From: a virus
Lineage: Duplodnaviria > Caudoviricetes
DNA: 40,700 nucleotides
Virus record (IMG/VR): IMGVR_UViG_3300023092_000003
Coordinates: 1-40,700 of that record
Reading direction: 5' to 3' (one strand)
Translations under genes and position numbers: made by a program
Notes under the pieces: generated by a model
The model's database searches: none
Seen by the model: the letters and a program-made list of their open reading frames with translations, nothing else
Told to the model about the DNA's origin: nothing
Shown: one piece after another, positions 40,531 to 40,700 of the stretch
How positions within the stretch are numbered: the stretch's first letter is position 1
How the letters are laid out: each line of letters starts with the position of its first letter

Positions 40531-40700
40531 TTGCTCACGTTCAACTACACCCTGGCGGGCGAGGATTGCGTCATTTACTTCCCCGAACGCCGCGACGAGC
40601 TGGCCGGGTTCGAGCGCTTCCTCGCTCGCGGCGATAAGGTCCTGGGCCTCGACACCGAGACAAACAACCTGGACACCTACTCGCGCGGCGGCGGTCTCCG
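40531..40700 (+). CDS. DNA polymerase I-family, N-terminal 3'-5' exonuclease domain (partial, runs off the window)
   Basis: GAGGA RBS + TTG; VLGLDTETNNLD ExoI motif; follows the primase as in related phages. Confidence 0.8.
   Translation, partial: MLTFNYTLAGEDCVIYFPERRDELAGFERFLARGDKVLGLDTETNNLDTYSRGGGL

Overview
High-GC siphovirus DNA from an actinobacteriophage; essentially all real genes are on the + strand. Gene content and order resemble Arthrobacter cluster AZ / Microbacterium EH / Streptomyces BD-type phages. The window reads through the probable cos junction (CGAAGGGGCAT, 12746-12756). Bases 1-12745 are therefore the right genome arm: small accessory genes, a metallophosphoesterase, a tRNA/ncRNA cluster, an extra carbohydrate-active tail-appendage module and an HNH gene. 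Bases 12757-40700 are the left arm: packaging, head, a displaced M23 endolysin, tail, holin-like genes, dNMP kinase, Cas4-like exonuclease, LAGLIDADG, RDF/SSB-like protein, NrdH, resolvase, primase-helicase and the start of DNA polymerase I. The most unusual signals are non-coding: (1) two perfect host-type chromosomal parS palindromes (TGTTTCACGTGAAACA) with no parA/parB in the window; (2) about 16 copies of CGTTTACACG spread roughly every 2-3 kb, many inside genes; (3) a two-class phage-specific promoter motif sharing GGCCCCCT; (4) a 111-bp nested inverted repeat next to a leaderless gene; (5) several non-canonical tRNA-like or structured RNAs. All protein calls come from motif reading and synteny, not database searches.
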